A DNA stretch of 64,000 nucleotides from Acidimicrobiales bacterium (GTDB lineage: Bacteria; Actinomycetota; Acidimicrobiia; Acidimicrobiales; Iamiaceae), in contig JBBSME010000001.1 of the NCBI GenBank assembly GCA_038233335.1, positions 3,278 to 67,277 on the forward strand, written 5' to 3'. Position 1 is the stretch's first letter, and every line of letters starts with the position of its first letter. Shown piece by piece: positions 1 to 10,428 of the stretch. A program made the position numbers and the translations under genes. The notes under the pieces are model-generated. The model did not search any database. It was not told the origin of the DNA and was given only the letters and a program-made list of their open reading frames with translations.

Positions 1-1
1 C

Positions 2-661
2 GGTGGGGCGGTGCGGTGCTTCTTCGAGGAGGAGGCCTTCACCGCCGACGGCGAGCTGGCGGTGGCCGTGGACCGGGCCATCAACAAGGTCGGCCACGCC
101 CAGCACGACCTCGACCCCGTCTACGGCGCCTTCGCCCGGGACCCGGTCATGGCCGCCACCACGGCCGCCCTCGGGGTGACCGAGCCGCTGCTGGTCCAGT
201 CCATGCACATCTTCAAACAGCCCCACATCGGCGGCGAGGTCACCTGCCACCAGGACGCCACCTTCCTGCCCACCGACCCCCAGTCCGTCGTCGGCCTCTG
301 GGTCGCCCTGGAAGACGCGACCCTCGACAACGGCTGCCTGTGGGCAGAGCCCGGCGGGCACCGGAGCCCCCTGCGCCGACGCTTCGTCCGGGCCGGGTCC
401 ACCGACGCCGATGGCACCGCCTTCGTCGACCTCGACCCCACCCCCCTGCCGGTACCCGGACCCGACGGTTCCCTGGTCCCCCTGGAGGTCGCGGCCGGCA
501 CGCTCGTCGCCCTCCACGGCCGCCTGCCCCACTGGTCCGGCCCCAACCGGTCGGGCCGGTCCCGGCAGGCCTACTCCGTCCACGTCGTCGACGGCACCGC
601 GGCCTGGCCAGCCGACGGCTGGCTCCAGCGCCCCGCCGATCTCCCCTTCCGGGGCTTCTGA
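2..661 (+). CDS. Phytanoyl-CoA dioxygenase (PhyH) family Fe/2OG oxygenase, 5' truncated by window edge
   Basis: SMHIFKQP-x-IGGEV, HQD and HWS..N.S..SR motifs; frame is open to the window start. Confidence 0.9.
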   Translation, partial: GGAVRCFFEEEAFTADGELAVAVDRAINKVGHAQHDLDPVYGAFARDPVMAATTAALGVTEPLLVQSMHIFKQPHIGGEVTCHQDATFLPTDPQSVVGLWVALEDATLDNGCLWAEPGGHRSPLRRRFVRAGSTDADGTAFVDLDPTPLPVPGPDGSLVPLEVAAGTLVALHGRLPHWSGPNRSGRSRQAYSVHVVDGTAAWPADGWLQRPADLPFRGF

Positions 662-700
662 CCCTGGGCAGCGCCCTGATTCCGGTCGTAAGGTCCGGCG

Positions 701-1606
701 ATGAGCGCGCGCACCTTCACCACACTGTCCGACGGGGGATGCTTCTTCGAGGGGCCGCGGTGGCGCGATGGGCGCTGGTGGGTGTCGGACTTCTACCGCC
801 ACGCGGTCTTCACCGTCGAGGTCGACGGGACCGAGACCAAGGTCCTCGACGTCCCCGGCCAACCCTCCGGCCTGGGCTGGATGCCCGACGGAGACCTCCT
901 AGTGGTGTCCATGAAGGACCACCAGGTGCTGCGGGTCGGCGGTGACGGAGGTGTGACCGTCCACGCCGACCTGTCCGAGCTCGGGGTGCGGGGACCTCTG
1001 AACGACATGGTCGTGTCGGCGACCGGCCACGCCTACGTGGGGTGCTTCGGCTTCGACCTGATGACCGGGGCCGACCCCGCCCCCGCCCCCGTCTACCTGA
1101 TCGAGCCGGACGGCTCGGTGGGGGTGGCGGCCGAGGACCTGCGGTTCCCCAACGGCTCGGTGATCACCGACGACGGCGCCACCCTCATCGTGGGCGAGAC
1201 GATGGGTTGTCGCTACTCGGCCTTCACGATCGAACCCGATGGCAGCCTCTCGGATCGGTGGGTCTGGGCCCAGATCGCGCCCACCCCGGTGATGGCCGGC
1301 TTCGCCGAGACCCTCGGCGCCGTCACCGTCGGCCCTGACGGCTGCGGGCTCGATGCCGAGGGTCACATCTGGGCCGCTGACGCCATCGGCGCCCGGGTGG
1401 TACGCGTGGCCCCGGGGGGTGACATCGTCGATGAGGTGGCCGCCCCTGCGGGCCTGGGGGCGTTCGCGTGCATGCTCGGGGGCGACGACGGCCGGACGCT
1501 CCTCGCCTGTCTGGCCCCGGACTTCTTCGAGGAGGCTCGGAGCGCAGCCCGGGAGGCGGTCCTGGCGACCACCACCGTCGACGTGCCCCGGGCCGGCCTG
1601 CCGTAG
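701..1606 (+). CDS. SMP-30/gluconolactonase/LRE family protein
   Basis: FFEGPRW, LNDMVV, FPNG and PDGCGLDAEG motifs. Confidence 0.9.
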   Translation: MSARTFTTLSDGGCFFEGPRWRDGRWWVSDFYRHAVFTVEVDGTETKVLDVPGQPSGLGWMPDGDLLVVSMKDHQVLRVGGDGGVTVHADLSELGVRGPLNDMVVSATGHAYVGCFGFDLMTGADPAPAPVYLIEPDGSVGVAAEDLRFPNGSVITDDGATLIVGETMGCRYSAFTIEPDGSLSDRWVWAQIAPTPVMAGFAETLGAVTVGPDGCGLDAEGHIWAADAIGARVVRVAPGGDIVDEVAAPAGLGAFACMLGGDDGRTLLACLAPDFFEEARSAAREAVLATTTVDVPRAGLP

Positions 1607-1621
1607 CCGCCGCGCCGACGA

Positions 1622-2113
1622 TCAGTCGGGCGGGAGGAGGGCGCGGTCGACCTGGCCCGTCCGCACCATGGCCCGGCGACGCTGCTCGTCATCGAGCCCG
1701 AAGGTCCGCCAGCACCACCAGCACGCGGCGGCGCCCAGCACCTCGAGGATGACCACGGCCACCAACGGCCGCTCCAGCTCGGGCAGGCCGCCCTCACCGA
1801 ACCCCCGTCCCAGGAAGGGCCACCAGAACAGCTCGGAGCGGGTGAAGGTGAAGTCCAGGGCCAGGTGCAGGAACATGCCGATGGGGATGCCCAGCCACCG
1901 TCGCCGGACCAGGCGGCGGTGACGGGTGAGCCCCATGACGACGGCCAGGGCCAGGACCGCCCCCAGCAGGGTGTGGAGCACCCACGGCCCGCCGGTGACG
2001 ACGTCGAGCATGGGCAGGAGGGCACCCAGCACCACCATGCGGTAGTCGAGGGCGGGGCTGCGGAACACCAGCCAGACCGCGGCCACGGTCGGGCCGATGA
2101 ACCAGAGGAGCAT
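1622..2113 (-). CDS. Membrane-bound metal-dependent hydrolase-like protein
   Basis: Hydrophobic; GALLP-x-LD, HTLLG, HLALD and FWWP motifs. Confidence 0.7.
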   Translation of the reverse strand: MLLWFIGPTVAAVWLVFRSPALDYRMVVLGALLPMLDVVTGGPWVLHTLLGAVLALAVVMGLTRHRRLVRRRWLGIPIGMFLHLALDFTFTRSELFWWPFLGRGFGEGGLPELERPLVAVVILEVLGAAACWWCWRTFGLDDEQRRRAMVRTGQVDRALLPPD

Positions 2114-2150
2114 CCTCAGCGCCCCCGGCCCGATGTCGGTGAGCGGCTGC

Positions 2151-2876
2151 TCACCGGACCAGGATGCGGCCGCAGTCCTCGCAGTGGATCCGGGCGTCGG
2201 CGGGCAGGCCCTTGATCCGGCTCACCTCCACCGCCGACAGCTTCATGTGGCAGCCCCCGCAGGTGTGGCCGCGCTCCAGGCGGGCCACGCCGACGCCGTC
2301 GAGGTCGGCCCGCAGCCCCTCGTACTCGGCCCGCAGGTCGGCCGGGACCACGGCCGCCGCAGCCGAGCGAGCAGCCGCCTCGGAGTCCAGCTCGGCGTCG
2401 ATCTCGGCCTCGGCCACGGTGATGCGCCGGGCCACATCTTCGGCCCGGGCGGCCAAGGCGGCCCGCTCCTCGCCCAGGGTGGCGGCCTCCTCGTCGAGCG
2501 GCTCGCGCTCGACCATCATCTCCAGCTCCTCGTCCTCCAGCACACCCACGCGCCGGGCCAGCGACGCGATCTCCTCCTGGAGGGACTGGAGCTCGCGGGC
2601 ACCGGTGACCGAGCCGCTGTAGAGCGCCTTGTCGGCGTGGTCGGACTTCTCCTTGAGCCCCACCACCTCGTCGTCGATGCGCTTCTGCTCGCGGTCGAGG
2701 CGGTGGCGCTCGGCGTCGACCACACCCAGCCGCTGCTCCTTGGCCCGGTCGGCCTCGGCCACCTCGACCGCCTCGGTCCGCTCGGGCAGGGTCTGACGCC
2801 GGGTGCGCAGCTGGGTGATGCGGGTGTCGTGGCCCTGCACGGCCAGGAGCTGCTCCTGCGGATCGGTGTCGCTCAT
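2151..2876 (-). CDS. Coiled-coil protein with C-terminal C4 zinc ribbon (DUF164-like)
   Basis: Long coiled coil followed by CGGC...CEDCGRIL. Confidence 0.9.
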   Translation of the reverse strand: MSDTDPQEQLLAVQGHDTRITQLRTRRQTLPERTEAVEVAEADRAKEQRLGVVDAERHRLDREQKRIDDEVVGLKEKSDHADKALYSGSVTGARELQSLQEEIASLARRVGVLEDEELEMMVEREPLDEEAATLGEERAALAARAEDVARRITVAEAEIDAELDSEAAARSAAAAVVPADLRAEYEGLRADLDGVGVARLERGHTCGGCHMKLSAVEVSRIKGLPADARIHCEDCGRILVR

Positions 2877-2922
2877 CGGGGGGCAGGGTACGCCGTGCCC
2901 GGAGAGGCCCGCGACGCGCCGG

Positions 2923-4893
2923 TCACCGTCGGAAGCAGCGCCGCTCGTCGGTCTTCATGCAGAGGTACTCGCGGCGATCGGCCGACGGCTCCGGTGGGGT
3001 GAACTCCTCCACCTGCAGGGAGGGGGTGATCTTGGCCATGAAGTCCCCCCAAGTGCGAGCTGGGAAGCTGCCTCCGGTGGCCGAGGACCCGACGCCGACC
3101 AGCGGTCGGTTGTCCGACGTGCCGCCCATCCACACCGAGACCGAGAGCTGGGGGATGTAGCCCACGAACCAGACGTCGCTGGGGCCGTTGGTGGTCCCCG
3201 TCTTGCCCGCCGCCGGGCGGGAGATCCGGGCCCTGGTCCCGGTGCCCGACTCCACGTTCTGCTTCAGCACGTCGGTGACCTGGCGGGCCACCTGCGCCGG
3301 GATGACCTGCTCGGGAGCAGCGGTGTGGGCGAGGACGATGTTGCCGTCGACGTCCTCGACCCGGTCGATGAAGTAGGGCTCGTTGCGCACCCCGTCGTTG
3401 GCGAACACCGAGTAGGCCGAGGCCATCTCCAGCGGCGACACCCCGTCGGGGCCGAGGGGCATGGACGCGGCCTCCGGCGACAGGTCCGAGGTGATGCCCA
3501 GGCGCTGGGCCATGTCGGCCACCTTCTGAGGACCGACGATCTGGTTGAGCCGCAGGAAGGCACAGTTGGACGAGTCCAGGGTCTGCTCGGTCAGGCTCTG
3601 GGTCGAGCCCCGACTGCCCCCATAGTTCTTGGGAGGCTCGTCCTCGTTCTCGTAGCCCGGGACGTCGCCGCAGGGCCCCCGGCCGCTGATGGTGTCCTCC
3701 GGCGAGTAGCCGTCGAGGAAGGCCTGGGCCAGCACGAAGGGCTTGAACGTCGAGCCCACCTGTCGGTTGTTGGCCAACGCGAGGTCGTACTGGTAGCGGT
3801 CGAACCCTGGCCCGCCCACGAGGAACCGAACCGCGCCGGTGGCCGGTTCCACCCCGGCCATGGCCGCGGTGCCGAACCGGGTGGCCCCGTTGGGCGCATC
3901 CGGCAGGCTGAAGGTGGCATCGCCGTCGTTGCCCGGGAGCGTGTCGTTCCGGGACGCCAACGCCTCCAGGTACATCCGCTGGTCGAAGGTGGTGTAGACG
4001 CGCAGGCCGCCGCCGTAGAGCCGGTTGAACCGGGCCGTCTGCGTGCTACCCAGGCGCTCGTCGGCGAGCAGTTGCTCCTTGACCTCCTCGACGAAGTAGT
4101 CGTCGGGCTTCTGCGGCCGGTAGGCCTCCTCCGGGAGGGGGACGAACTTGCTGAGGTCAGCCACCGGTCGGGAGATCCGATTCGTGGTGACCAGGGCATC
4201 GAGCACGGTGTTGCGCCGGGCCAGGGCCCGACTGCGGCGCTTCAGAGGATCGCAGGTCCCCGGGCAGCGGATCACGCTGCCCAACATGGCGCCCTCGGCC
4301 CAGTTGAGCTCGGCCACGTCCTTGTTGAAGTACGTCTCGGCCGCGGCCTGGACGCCGTAGGCGCCGGCCCCGAAGTACACCGTGTTGATGTAGTACTCGA
4401 GGATCTCGTCCTTGGTGTAGGTGTCCTCCAGCTCCACGGCCAGGACCGCCTCTCGCACCTTGCGGGCGAAGTCCTGGTCCTTGTCGTCCACCGCGTTCTT
4501 GACCACTTGCTGGGTGATGGTCGAGCCGCCCTGGGCCACGCCGCCGCTCTCGATGTTGGCCGTGAAGGCCCGGCCGATGGAGCGGGCGTTGACCCCCTTG
4601 TGGCTGAAGAAGGCCGAGTCCTCGGCGGAGAGGATGGAGTCGAGCACGGTGCGGGGCACGTCCTCGATGTCGACCTGGACCCGGTTCTCCTCGTCCACGA
4701 AGGTGGCCATGAGGGTGCCCCGGTTGTCGTACACGTAGGACCGCTCCGACAGCGGCTGGAGGGTGATGGAGGTCAGCTCGAAGCGGTGGGCCTTGGAGAT
4801 CTCGGCCAGGTGGGGCGCGGCCACGGCGACCGCAGCGGTGAGCGTGACCACGCTCAGCGCGACGATCACGGCCAGGCGGACCAGCCGCTTCAT
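2923..4893 (-). CDS. Class A penicillin-binding protein (transglycosylase/transpeptidase)
   Basis: EDxxFxxHxG, GGSTITQQ, RKxxE, STFK, SSN and KTG motifs; start uncertain (4893 or 4923). Confidence 0.92.
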   Translation of the reverse strand: MKRLVRLAVIVALSVVTLTAAVAVAAPHLAEISKAHRFELTSITLQPLSERSYVYDNRGTLMATFVDEENRVQVDIEDVPRTVLDSILSAEDSAFFSHKGVNARSIGRAFTANIESGGVAQGGSTITQQVVKNAVDDKDQDFARKVREAVLAVELEDTYTKDEILEYYINTVYFGAGAYGVQAAAETYFNKDVAELNWAEGAMLGSVIRCPGTCDPLKRRSRALARRNTVLDALVTTNRISRPVADLSKFVPLPEEAYRPQKPDDYFVEEVKEQLLADERLGSTQTARFNRLYGGGLRVYTTFDQRMYLEALASRNDTLPGNDGDATFSLPDAPNGATRFGTAAMAGVEPATGAVRFLVGGPGFDRYQYDLALANNRQVGSTFKPFVLAQAFLDGYSPEDTISGRGPCGDVPGYENEDEPPKNYGGSRGSTQSLTEQTLDSSNCAFLRLNQIVGPQKVADMAQRLGITSDLSPEAASMPLGPDGVSPLEMASAYSVFANDGVRNEPYFIDRVEDVDGNIVLAHTAAPEQVIPAQVARQVTDVLKQNVESGTGTRARISRPAAGKTGTTNGPSDVWFVGYIPQLSVSVWMGGTSDNRPLVGVGSSATGGSFPARTWGDFMAKITPSLQVEEFTPPEPSADRREYLCMKTDERRCFRR

Positions 4894-5045
4894 GTTGGTG
4901 AACAACGCCTTCAGCACCCTCACGGTCCGGCCAGGGTAGTGGCTTCCCCCCGCCGATCCGCGGGCGCCCCACCCCCTGACCAGGGTGCGTTCAGTCACTC
5001 CGCGCCGGCCGCGGAGGGTCCAGCCCACCGGTAGCGTGCCCGGCC

Positions 5046-5984
5046 ATGGCCCACTCGCGACCGTTCCGCTTCGGCATCCAGCACCACACCGCCCCCGACG
5101 GTCCGGGGTGGGTGGACATGGCCCGGCAGTCGGAGGACCTCGGGTTCTCCACCCTCTTCCTGCCCGACCACTTCGGCGACCAGCTCTCGCCCACCATCGC
5201 CCTCCAGGCTGCGACCGACGCCACCACCACCCTCCGGGTCGGGGCCCTCGTGTTCGACAACGACTACCGCCACCCCGTGGTCCTGGCCAAGGACTGCGCC
5301 ACCATCGACCTGCTCTCCGGGGGGCGGCTGGAGCTGGGCCTGGGCGCGGGCTGGATGCTCTCGGACTACGAGCAGTCCGGCATCCCGCTGGAGGCGGCCA
5401 AGGTACGGGTCGAGCGCATGGAGGAGGCGGTCACCGTGCTCAAGGGCGCCTTCGGCGACGGCCCCTTCGACCACCAGGGCGCCCACTACTCCATCACCGG
5501 GTACGACGGCCTCCCGAAGCCCGTCCAGCGCCCCCACCCCCCGCTGCTGATCGGCGGGGGCAAGAAGCGGGTGCTGTCGTTCGCGGCCCGGGAGGCCCAG
5601 ATCGTCGGCATCAACCCCACCATCCCCAACGGCAAGGTCGACGCCGACGCCGCCATCACCGGCACGGCCAAGGCCACCGACGAGAAGGTGGGCTGGATCA
5701 AGGAGGCGGCCGGCGACCGCTACGCCGACATCGAGCTCAACAGCCTCCAGTTCGCGGTGGTCGTGACCGACGACCGGCCCGGCACCATCGAGATGATGGC
5801 CCCGCTGTTCGGCATCCCGCCCGAGGACGTCGACGACTACCCCCACGCCCTCATCGGGACGGTCGACGAGATCTGTGCCGACCTGGAGGCCCGCCGCGAG
5901 CGCTGGGACATCTCCTACGTCGTGGTCCAGGCCGACGCCATGGAGGCCTTCGCCCCCGTCGTCGCCCGCCTCGCCGGCACCTGA
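5046..5984 (+). CDS. LLM-class F420-dependent oxidoreductase
   Basis: PDHF, NDYRHP, LSGGRLELGLGAGW and PPLLIGGG motifs. Confidence 0.9.
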   Translation: MAHSRPFRFGIQHHTAPDGPGWVDMARQSEDLGFSTLFLPDHFGDQLSPTIALQAATDATTTLRVGALVFDNDYRHPVVLAKDCATIDLLSGGRLELGLGAGWMLSDYEQSGIPLEAAKVRVERMEEAVTVLKGAFGDGPFDHQGAHYSITGYDGLPKPVQRPHPPLLIGGGKKRVLSFAAREAQIVGINPTIPNGKVDADAAITGTAKATDEKVGWIKEAAGDRYADIELNSLQFAVVVTDDRPGTIEMMAPLFGIPPEDVDDYPHALIGTVDEICADLEARRERWDISYVVVQADAMEAFAPVVARLAGT

Positions 5985-6056
5985 GCGTTGCAGGAGCGAT
6001 GAGTCCACGCTGGTCGTGACGTCTCAACCGGGACGCCCATCCCGGAGGAGGCTCCG

Positions 6057-7205
6057 TTGAAGACATTGCAAGAGACCGTCGACGAGCAAGTGACCAGCGG
6101 GGTGGTACCCGGCGCGGTGGCGCTGGTGGCCCAGGGCGCAGAGGTGACCGTCGCCGTTGCCGGCGAGCAGGTCAGGGGCGGACCGCCCATGGCCCGGGAC
6201 TCGCTGTTCCGCATCGCCTCGATCACCAAGCCGATCGTGGCCGCCGCCACCATGGCGCTGGTCGACCGGGGGCGGTTCGCCCTCGACGATCCGGTCGCCC
6301 GCTGGTTGCCGGAGCTGGCCGACCCCGTCGTGCTGAGGCGGCTGGACGGGCCGGTCGACGATGTCGTGGCGGCCGCCCGCCCGATCACGGTGCACCACCT
6401 GCTCACCTTCCAGGGCGGCCACGGGTTCCCGACCGACTTCTCCGCGCCGGTGGTGGCCCGACTGGCCGAAGACCTGGGCCAGGGGCCGCCGCAGCCCCAG
6501 GCTGTGGTCCCGCCCGACGAGTGGATGGCCCGCCTGGCCCGGATCCCGCTCCTCCACCAGCCCGGGGAGGGGTGGACCTACAACACCGGCGCGGACATCC
6601 TCGGCGTCCTGCTGGCCCGAGCCGAGGTCACGACCCTGGCCGACGTCCTGGCCGACACGATCCTCGGGCCGTTGGGCATGACCGACACCGGCTTCCACAT
6701 CCCCGATGGCGGGCTCGACCGCATGACCGGGTACTGCCGCAGCGAGGACGACACCGGCGGTCTGGAGGAGGTCGACCCCCCTGATGGCCAGTGGGCCACC
6801 GACCCGGCCTTCCCCTCGGGAGCCGGCGGGCTGGTGTCGACCGCGGACGACTGGCTGGCCTTCGGGCGCATGCTCCTGGCCGACGGCGAGCACGACCGCG
6901 GCCGGGTGCTGTCCGCCGAGGCCGTCCGGCTGATGATGACCAGCCACGTCGAGGCCGAGCCCGACCACCTCTTCCTCCAGGGCCACGGTTGGGGATTCGG
7001 CGGCAGCGTCGACCTGGCGGTCCTCGAGCCCTGGAACGTCCCCGGCCGCTACGGCTGGGTCGGCAGCACCGGCACCGCGGCCCACGTGATCCCGTCGCGG
7101 GACACCGTCGTCATCTGGATGAGCCAGGTCGAGCTGGCCGGCCCCGACGACTCCCAGGCCATGGCCGCGGTCCTCACCTGGGCCGCCGAGCACACGGCCG
7201 TCTGA
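6057..7205 (+). CDS. Serine hydrolase (beta-lactamase/class C family)
   Basis: FRIASITK (SxxK), YN, LLT and GWVG motifs; GGAGG upstream of TTG start. Confidence 0.9.
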   Translation: MKTLQETVDEQVTSGVVPGAVALVAQGAEVTVAVAGEQVRGGPPMARDSLFRIASITKPIVAAATMALVDRGRFALDDPVARWLPELADPVVLRRLDGPVDDVVAAARPITVHHLLTFQGGHGFPTDFSAPVVARLAEDLGQGPPQPQAVVPPDEWMARLARIPLLHQPGEGWTYNTGADILGVLLARAEVTTLADVLADTILGPLGMTDTGFHIPDGGLDRMTGYCRSEDDTGGLEEVDPPDGQWATDPAFPSGAGGLVSTADDWLAFGRMLLADGEHDRGRVLSAEAVRLMMTSHVEAEPDHLFLQGHGWGFGGSVDLAVLEPWNVPGRYGWVGSTGTAAHVIPSRDTVVIWMSQVELAGPDDSQAMAAVLTWAAEHTAV

Positions 7206-7236
7206 CCTCGTCGGGCGCGCGCCGGCCCGGTGTGGA

Positions 7237-7455
7237 ATGGTCGAGGCATGGCGACGATCTGGCGGCGCCGGGTTGGCGGCCGCCGGCGGGGCCGGCCTGC
7301 TGCTCGACTACCGCGACGGGCCTGTGAGCTGGGTCCACCTGGCGGTCTACGGGCTGCTCGTGCTGGGCGCGGTCCGCTTCGTGCGGATCTCACTGATGAT
7401 CGCCGCGGTGTCCCGCGAGGCCAGCGAGGCCAGCGAGGAACCGATCCGGGCCTAG
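7237..7455 (+). CDS. Small putative membrane protein
   Basis: Two hydrophobic segments with GC3-biased codons; start uncertain. Confidence 0.4.
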   Translation: MVEAWRRSGGAGLAAAGGAGLLLDYRDGPVSWVHLAVYGLLVLGAVRFVRISLMIAAVSREASEASEEPIRA

Positions 7456-7505
7456 CCGGCGTCGATGTCCTCTGCGACCCGGTCACCCGCACCGTCGTAG
7501 ATCCC

Positions 7506-7557
7506 CGAACTGGCGAGGGGTTGTGGGGTCAGGGCACCACCTTCCCGTACCACTTCG
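7506..7557. repeat. 52-bp hairpin element CGAACTGG...CCACTTCG (REP-like)
   Basis: Same 8-nt termini as the element at 29166-29233; lies between convergent genes. Confidence 0.6.
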
Positions 7558-7585
7558 ATCACGAGGATCGGGTCCGCAGGTCGGG

Positions 7586-9058
7586 TCAGGTCCAGCCGGG
7601 GAGGGCAGAGGCGGGGGCCCAGTGGGCGTGGGTGCCGCTGGAAATGCGCTGGGGCAGTCGCAGGCGGGCGACGGGGCCGGCGCTGATGTCGGCCGCGTCC
7701 AGCACGAGGCACTCTGAGCGGTCGTTGGCCACGTCGGTGGTGAGGGTGACGAGGTAGGCGTCGTCCTCGGCGGTGCTGCCGACCTTGGGGGCCACGCCGA
7801 CCTCGGAGCAGTAGACGCCTTCCGGAAGTCGCAGGTGGGTGTCGGCTCCGGTGTGGGTGTCGTGGGTGACCAGGCCGTCGAACAGGAACCAGCCCGGCTT
7901 GCCGGTGGCGGCGTGGACGTAGCGGTGCGGCCGTCCGGCCACCGATTGGTTGACGATCCCGAACTCGGTGTAGTCGTCGCGCAGGCGCTCCTCGGTGGTC
8001 TTGCCGGTCACCAGGTTGAACCGCCAGCGGTGGAGGTGGGTCTCCATCCAGTCCAGCGCGAGGTAGCGAAACATCCACATGTGGTCGGACACGTCGGGTC
8101 GGGGCATGGGCGTGTCCTGGAAGAAGCCCTCCAGCACCACCTCGTCGCCCTCCTCGTAGGCGTTGGTGAAGTGCAGAACGTAGGTCGGGTCGGCCTCGAA
8201 CCAGCGGATGTCGTCGACCCCGCCCCGCCGAGGCAGCACCGCGAAGCGGCTGGGCTCGTCGTGCATTCCCAGCTGGAACCGGCCCCGGGCCAGGAGCGAC
8301 TCGTCCCAGTACATGGGGAAGGCGTTGAGGATCACGTGGTCAGACGTGAAGGCCATGTCGTGCGGGAGTCGGGGCCCGGGCAGGGGCACCGGCGTGTGGT
8401 GGACGAGGCGGTTGCTGGCGTCGACCACGCCGTAGTGGAGGTAGGGCGCCTCCAGGCCGTAGCTGAAGAAGAACATCTCGCCGGTGACCGGGTCCACCTT
8501 GGTGTGGGCCGACACGCCTGCGGGCGGGAACCAGCCGTCCCAGTCCGTGGCCCCGACGGTCTCCAGCGTCAGCGGGTCGAGCCGGTACAGGTCACCGCAC
8601 TGCCAGAAGGAGGTGACCGCCTGGCCGGCGTGGACCACGACGTCGGTGCTCGACGCGTCCTTCATCCGGCCTCGGGCGCCCCAGCCTCCGGGCGCCTCGG
8701 CCACCTTCGGGCTCTCGGAGATGCCGGCCCACAGCGAACGGCCCGCCTCCTGTTCGGCCTCGAACCCGGCGGTGCGGACGAAGCGGTTCTTGTACGACGC
8801 TCGCCCGTCCCGGAACGACACCGCGTGGACCATGCCGTCGCCGTCGAAGGGGTGGTAGCGCTCGATGGGCAGGTGGAGCGGGTTCTCGGTGTTGCGCAGG
8901 AACAGCCCCTCGAGGTCGTCGGGCAGCTCGCCCTCGACCACGTCCACCACGTCGACGGACCACTCCTCGTGCTGCGGTCGCCAGGGACCGCTGCGGTAGG
9001 GGTGGTCATCGTCCTCGGGCAGTGTGCGCACGGCCCGGCCCAGCAGCTCGACGTCCAT
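7586..9058 (-). CDS. Carotenoid oxygenase/RPE65-family dioxygenase (Rv0913c-like)
   Basis: HPFDGDGMVH motif plus four Fe-ligand His (SAH, PHD, LHF, THA); GGAGG upstream of ATG 9058. Confidence 0.92.
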   Translation of the reverse strand: MDVELLGRAVRTLPEDDDHPYRSGPWRPQHEEWSVDVVDVVEGELPDDLEGLFLRNTENPLHLPIERYHPFDGDGMVHAVSFRDGRASYKNRFVRTAGFEAEQEAGRSLWAGISESPKVAEAPGGWGARGRMKDASSTDVVVHAGQAVTSFWQCGDLYRLDPLTLETVGATDWDGWFPPAGVSAHTKVDPVTGEMFFFSYGLEAPYLHYGVVDASNRLVHHTPVPLPGPRLPHDMAFTSDHVILNAFPMYWDESLLARGRFQLGMHDEPSRFAVLPRRGGVDDIRWFEADPTYVLHFTNAYEEGDEVVLEGFFQDTPMPRPDVSDHMWMFRYLALDWMETHLHRWRFNLVTGKTTEERLRDDYTEFGIVNQSVAGRPHRYVHAATGKPGWFLFDGLVTHDTHTGADTHLRLPEGVYCSEVGVAPKVGSTAEDDAYLVTLTTDVANDRSECLVLDAADISAGPVARLRLPQRISSGTHAHWAPASALPGWT

Positions 9059-9123
9059 CAGACCTCCTCGTTCTCGCGACGGAAACGACACACCCACGTG
9101 TTGGATTCGTCGCGGGATGGCAT
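9058..9123 (-). other. MIRU-like hairpin insert encoding a 21-aa mini-ORF (MPSRDESNTWVCRFRRENEEV) coupled to both neighbours
   Basis: TGATG overlaps at both ends; imperfect inverted repeat at 9070-9118. Confidence 0.6.
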
Positions 9124-10355
9124 CACCGGCCGTCCTCGGTAGTGACGACGAAGGCGCAGGTGGTGGCCGTGCTGCCGCCGATGTTCAGGGTGCCGATCCG
9201 GCGGGCGCCATCGACCTGGGTGGCCCCGGCTCGATGGGTGACCTGGCGGGTGGCATCGACCACCATGCGCACGCCGGTGGCGCCCACGGGATGGCCGCCG
9301 CCGATGAGGCCGCCTCCGGGGTTGACCGGGATGCGCCCGTCGCGGGCCACCTCGCCGGCCTCCACCGCCTTCCACGAGTCTCCCGGTGCGGTGATGCCCA
9401 GGTGGTCGATGGCCATGTAGGCGCTCATGGCGAAGCAGTCGTGGACCTCCACCGCATCGAGGTCGTCGACCGCGCCGACCTGCGCCCGGTCGAGAGCGTC
9501 GCGGAAGGTGTCGCGCACGTGGGGCAGGACGTGGGTGTCGTCCGCGCTGCGCTCCAACTTGCGGGCCAGGGGCAGGCCCACCGTGCGATGGCCCCATCCG
9601 GCGATGCGGGCCACCGGTCCTCGTCGCAAGAGGCCCGGATCGGCCCGCACGGCCCGGTCCGAGGCCAGCACCACCGCAGCCGCGCCGTCGGTGATCTGGC
9701 TGCAGTCGTTGCGCCGGGTGCGGCCCTCCACCACCGGGTTGGCCTGGTCGTCGCCCGTGAACGAGGCATCGGTGAAGCGCCACTGCCGGGTCTGGGCGAG
9801 GGGGTTGTCGCGGGCCTGGGTGAAGGCCTGGCCGGCCAAGGCGTGCAGGTGGGCGTCGTCGAGGCCGTAGCGATGGTCGTACTCGTCGGCCAGGTCCGAG
9901 AACTGGGAGGGCCAGACGAACCGGGGCGTGCCCTCGTGGCCGACCCAGGCCGCGGCACCCAGGTGGCGGGAGGCCTCGTCGCCCGGGACGCTGCGCTCGA
10001 CCTCGACGCCGAGGACGAGGGCGATGTCGTAGCGGCCGCTCTCCAGGTCGGCCATGGCCGACAGGATGGCGATGGAGCCCGAGGCGCAGGCCGCCTCGTG
10101 GCGGGACGCCGGCTTGCCCCACAGCCGCTCGTCGACGGTGGCCGGCATCGCTCCCAGGTGGCTCTGGCCGGTGAGCAGGGGCCCGAAGGCGTTGCCCACG
10201 TGGATCACGTCGATGCGTTCGGCGCCGACGCCGGCCTCGTCCAGCGCGTCGCGCGTGGCCTCGCCCACCAGGGCGTCGATCTCCAAGCCCTCCTTGGCCA
10301 CGCTCCGGGCGAAGTCCGTCTGCGACCCGCCCAGGATCCACACGCCATTGGTCAT
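9123..10355 (-). CDS. Thiolase (SCP2-type acetyl-CoA acetyltransferase, Rv0914c-like)
   Basis: EAACASG, HDCF and GHPVGATG motifs. Confidence 0.9.
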   Translation of the reverse strand: MTNGVWILGGSQTDFARSVAKEGLEIDALVGEATRDALDEAGVGAERIDVIHVGNAFGPLLTGQSHLGAMPATVDERLWGKPASRHEAACASGSIAILSAMADLESGRYDIALVLGVEVERSVPGDEASRHLGAAAWVGHEGTPRFVWPSQFSDLADEYDHRYGLDDAHLHALAGQAFTQARDNPLAQTRQWRFTDASFTGDDQANPVVEGRTRRNDCSQITDGAAAVVLASDRAVRADPGLLRRGPVARIAGWGHRTVGLPLARKLERSADDTHVLPHVRDTFRDALDRAQVGAVDDLDAVEVHDCFAMSAYMAIDHLGITAPGDSWKAVEAGEVARDGRIPVNPGGGLIGGGHPVGATGVRMVVDATRQVTHRAGATQVDGARRIGTLNIGGSTATTCAFVVTTEDGR

Positions 10356-10428
10356 GCCCTCAGCGTAGGCCCCGATGTGCCCGACGTCTCACCGACCCGC
10401 GAGGAACGAGCGAGTGATGACGAAACCC

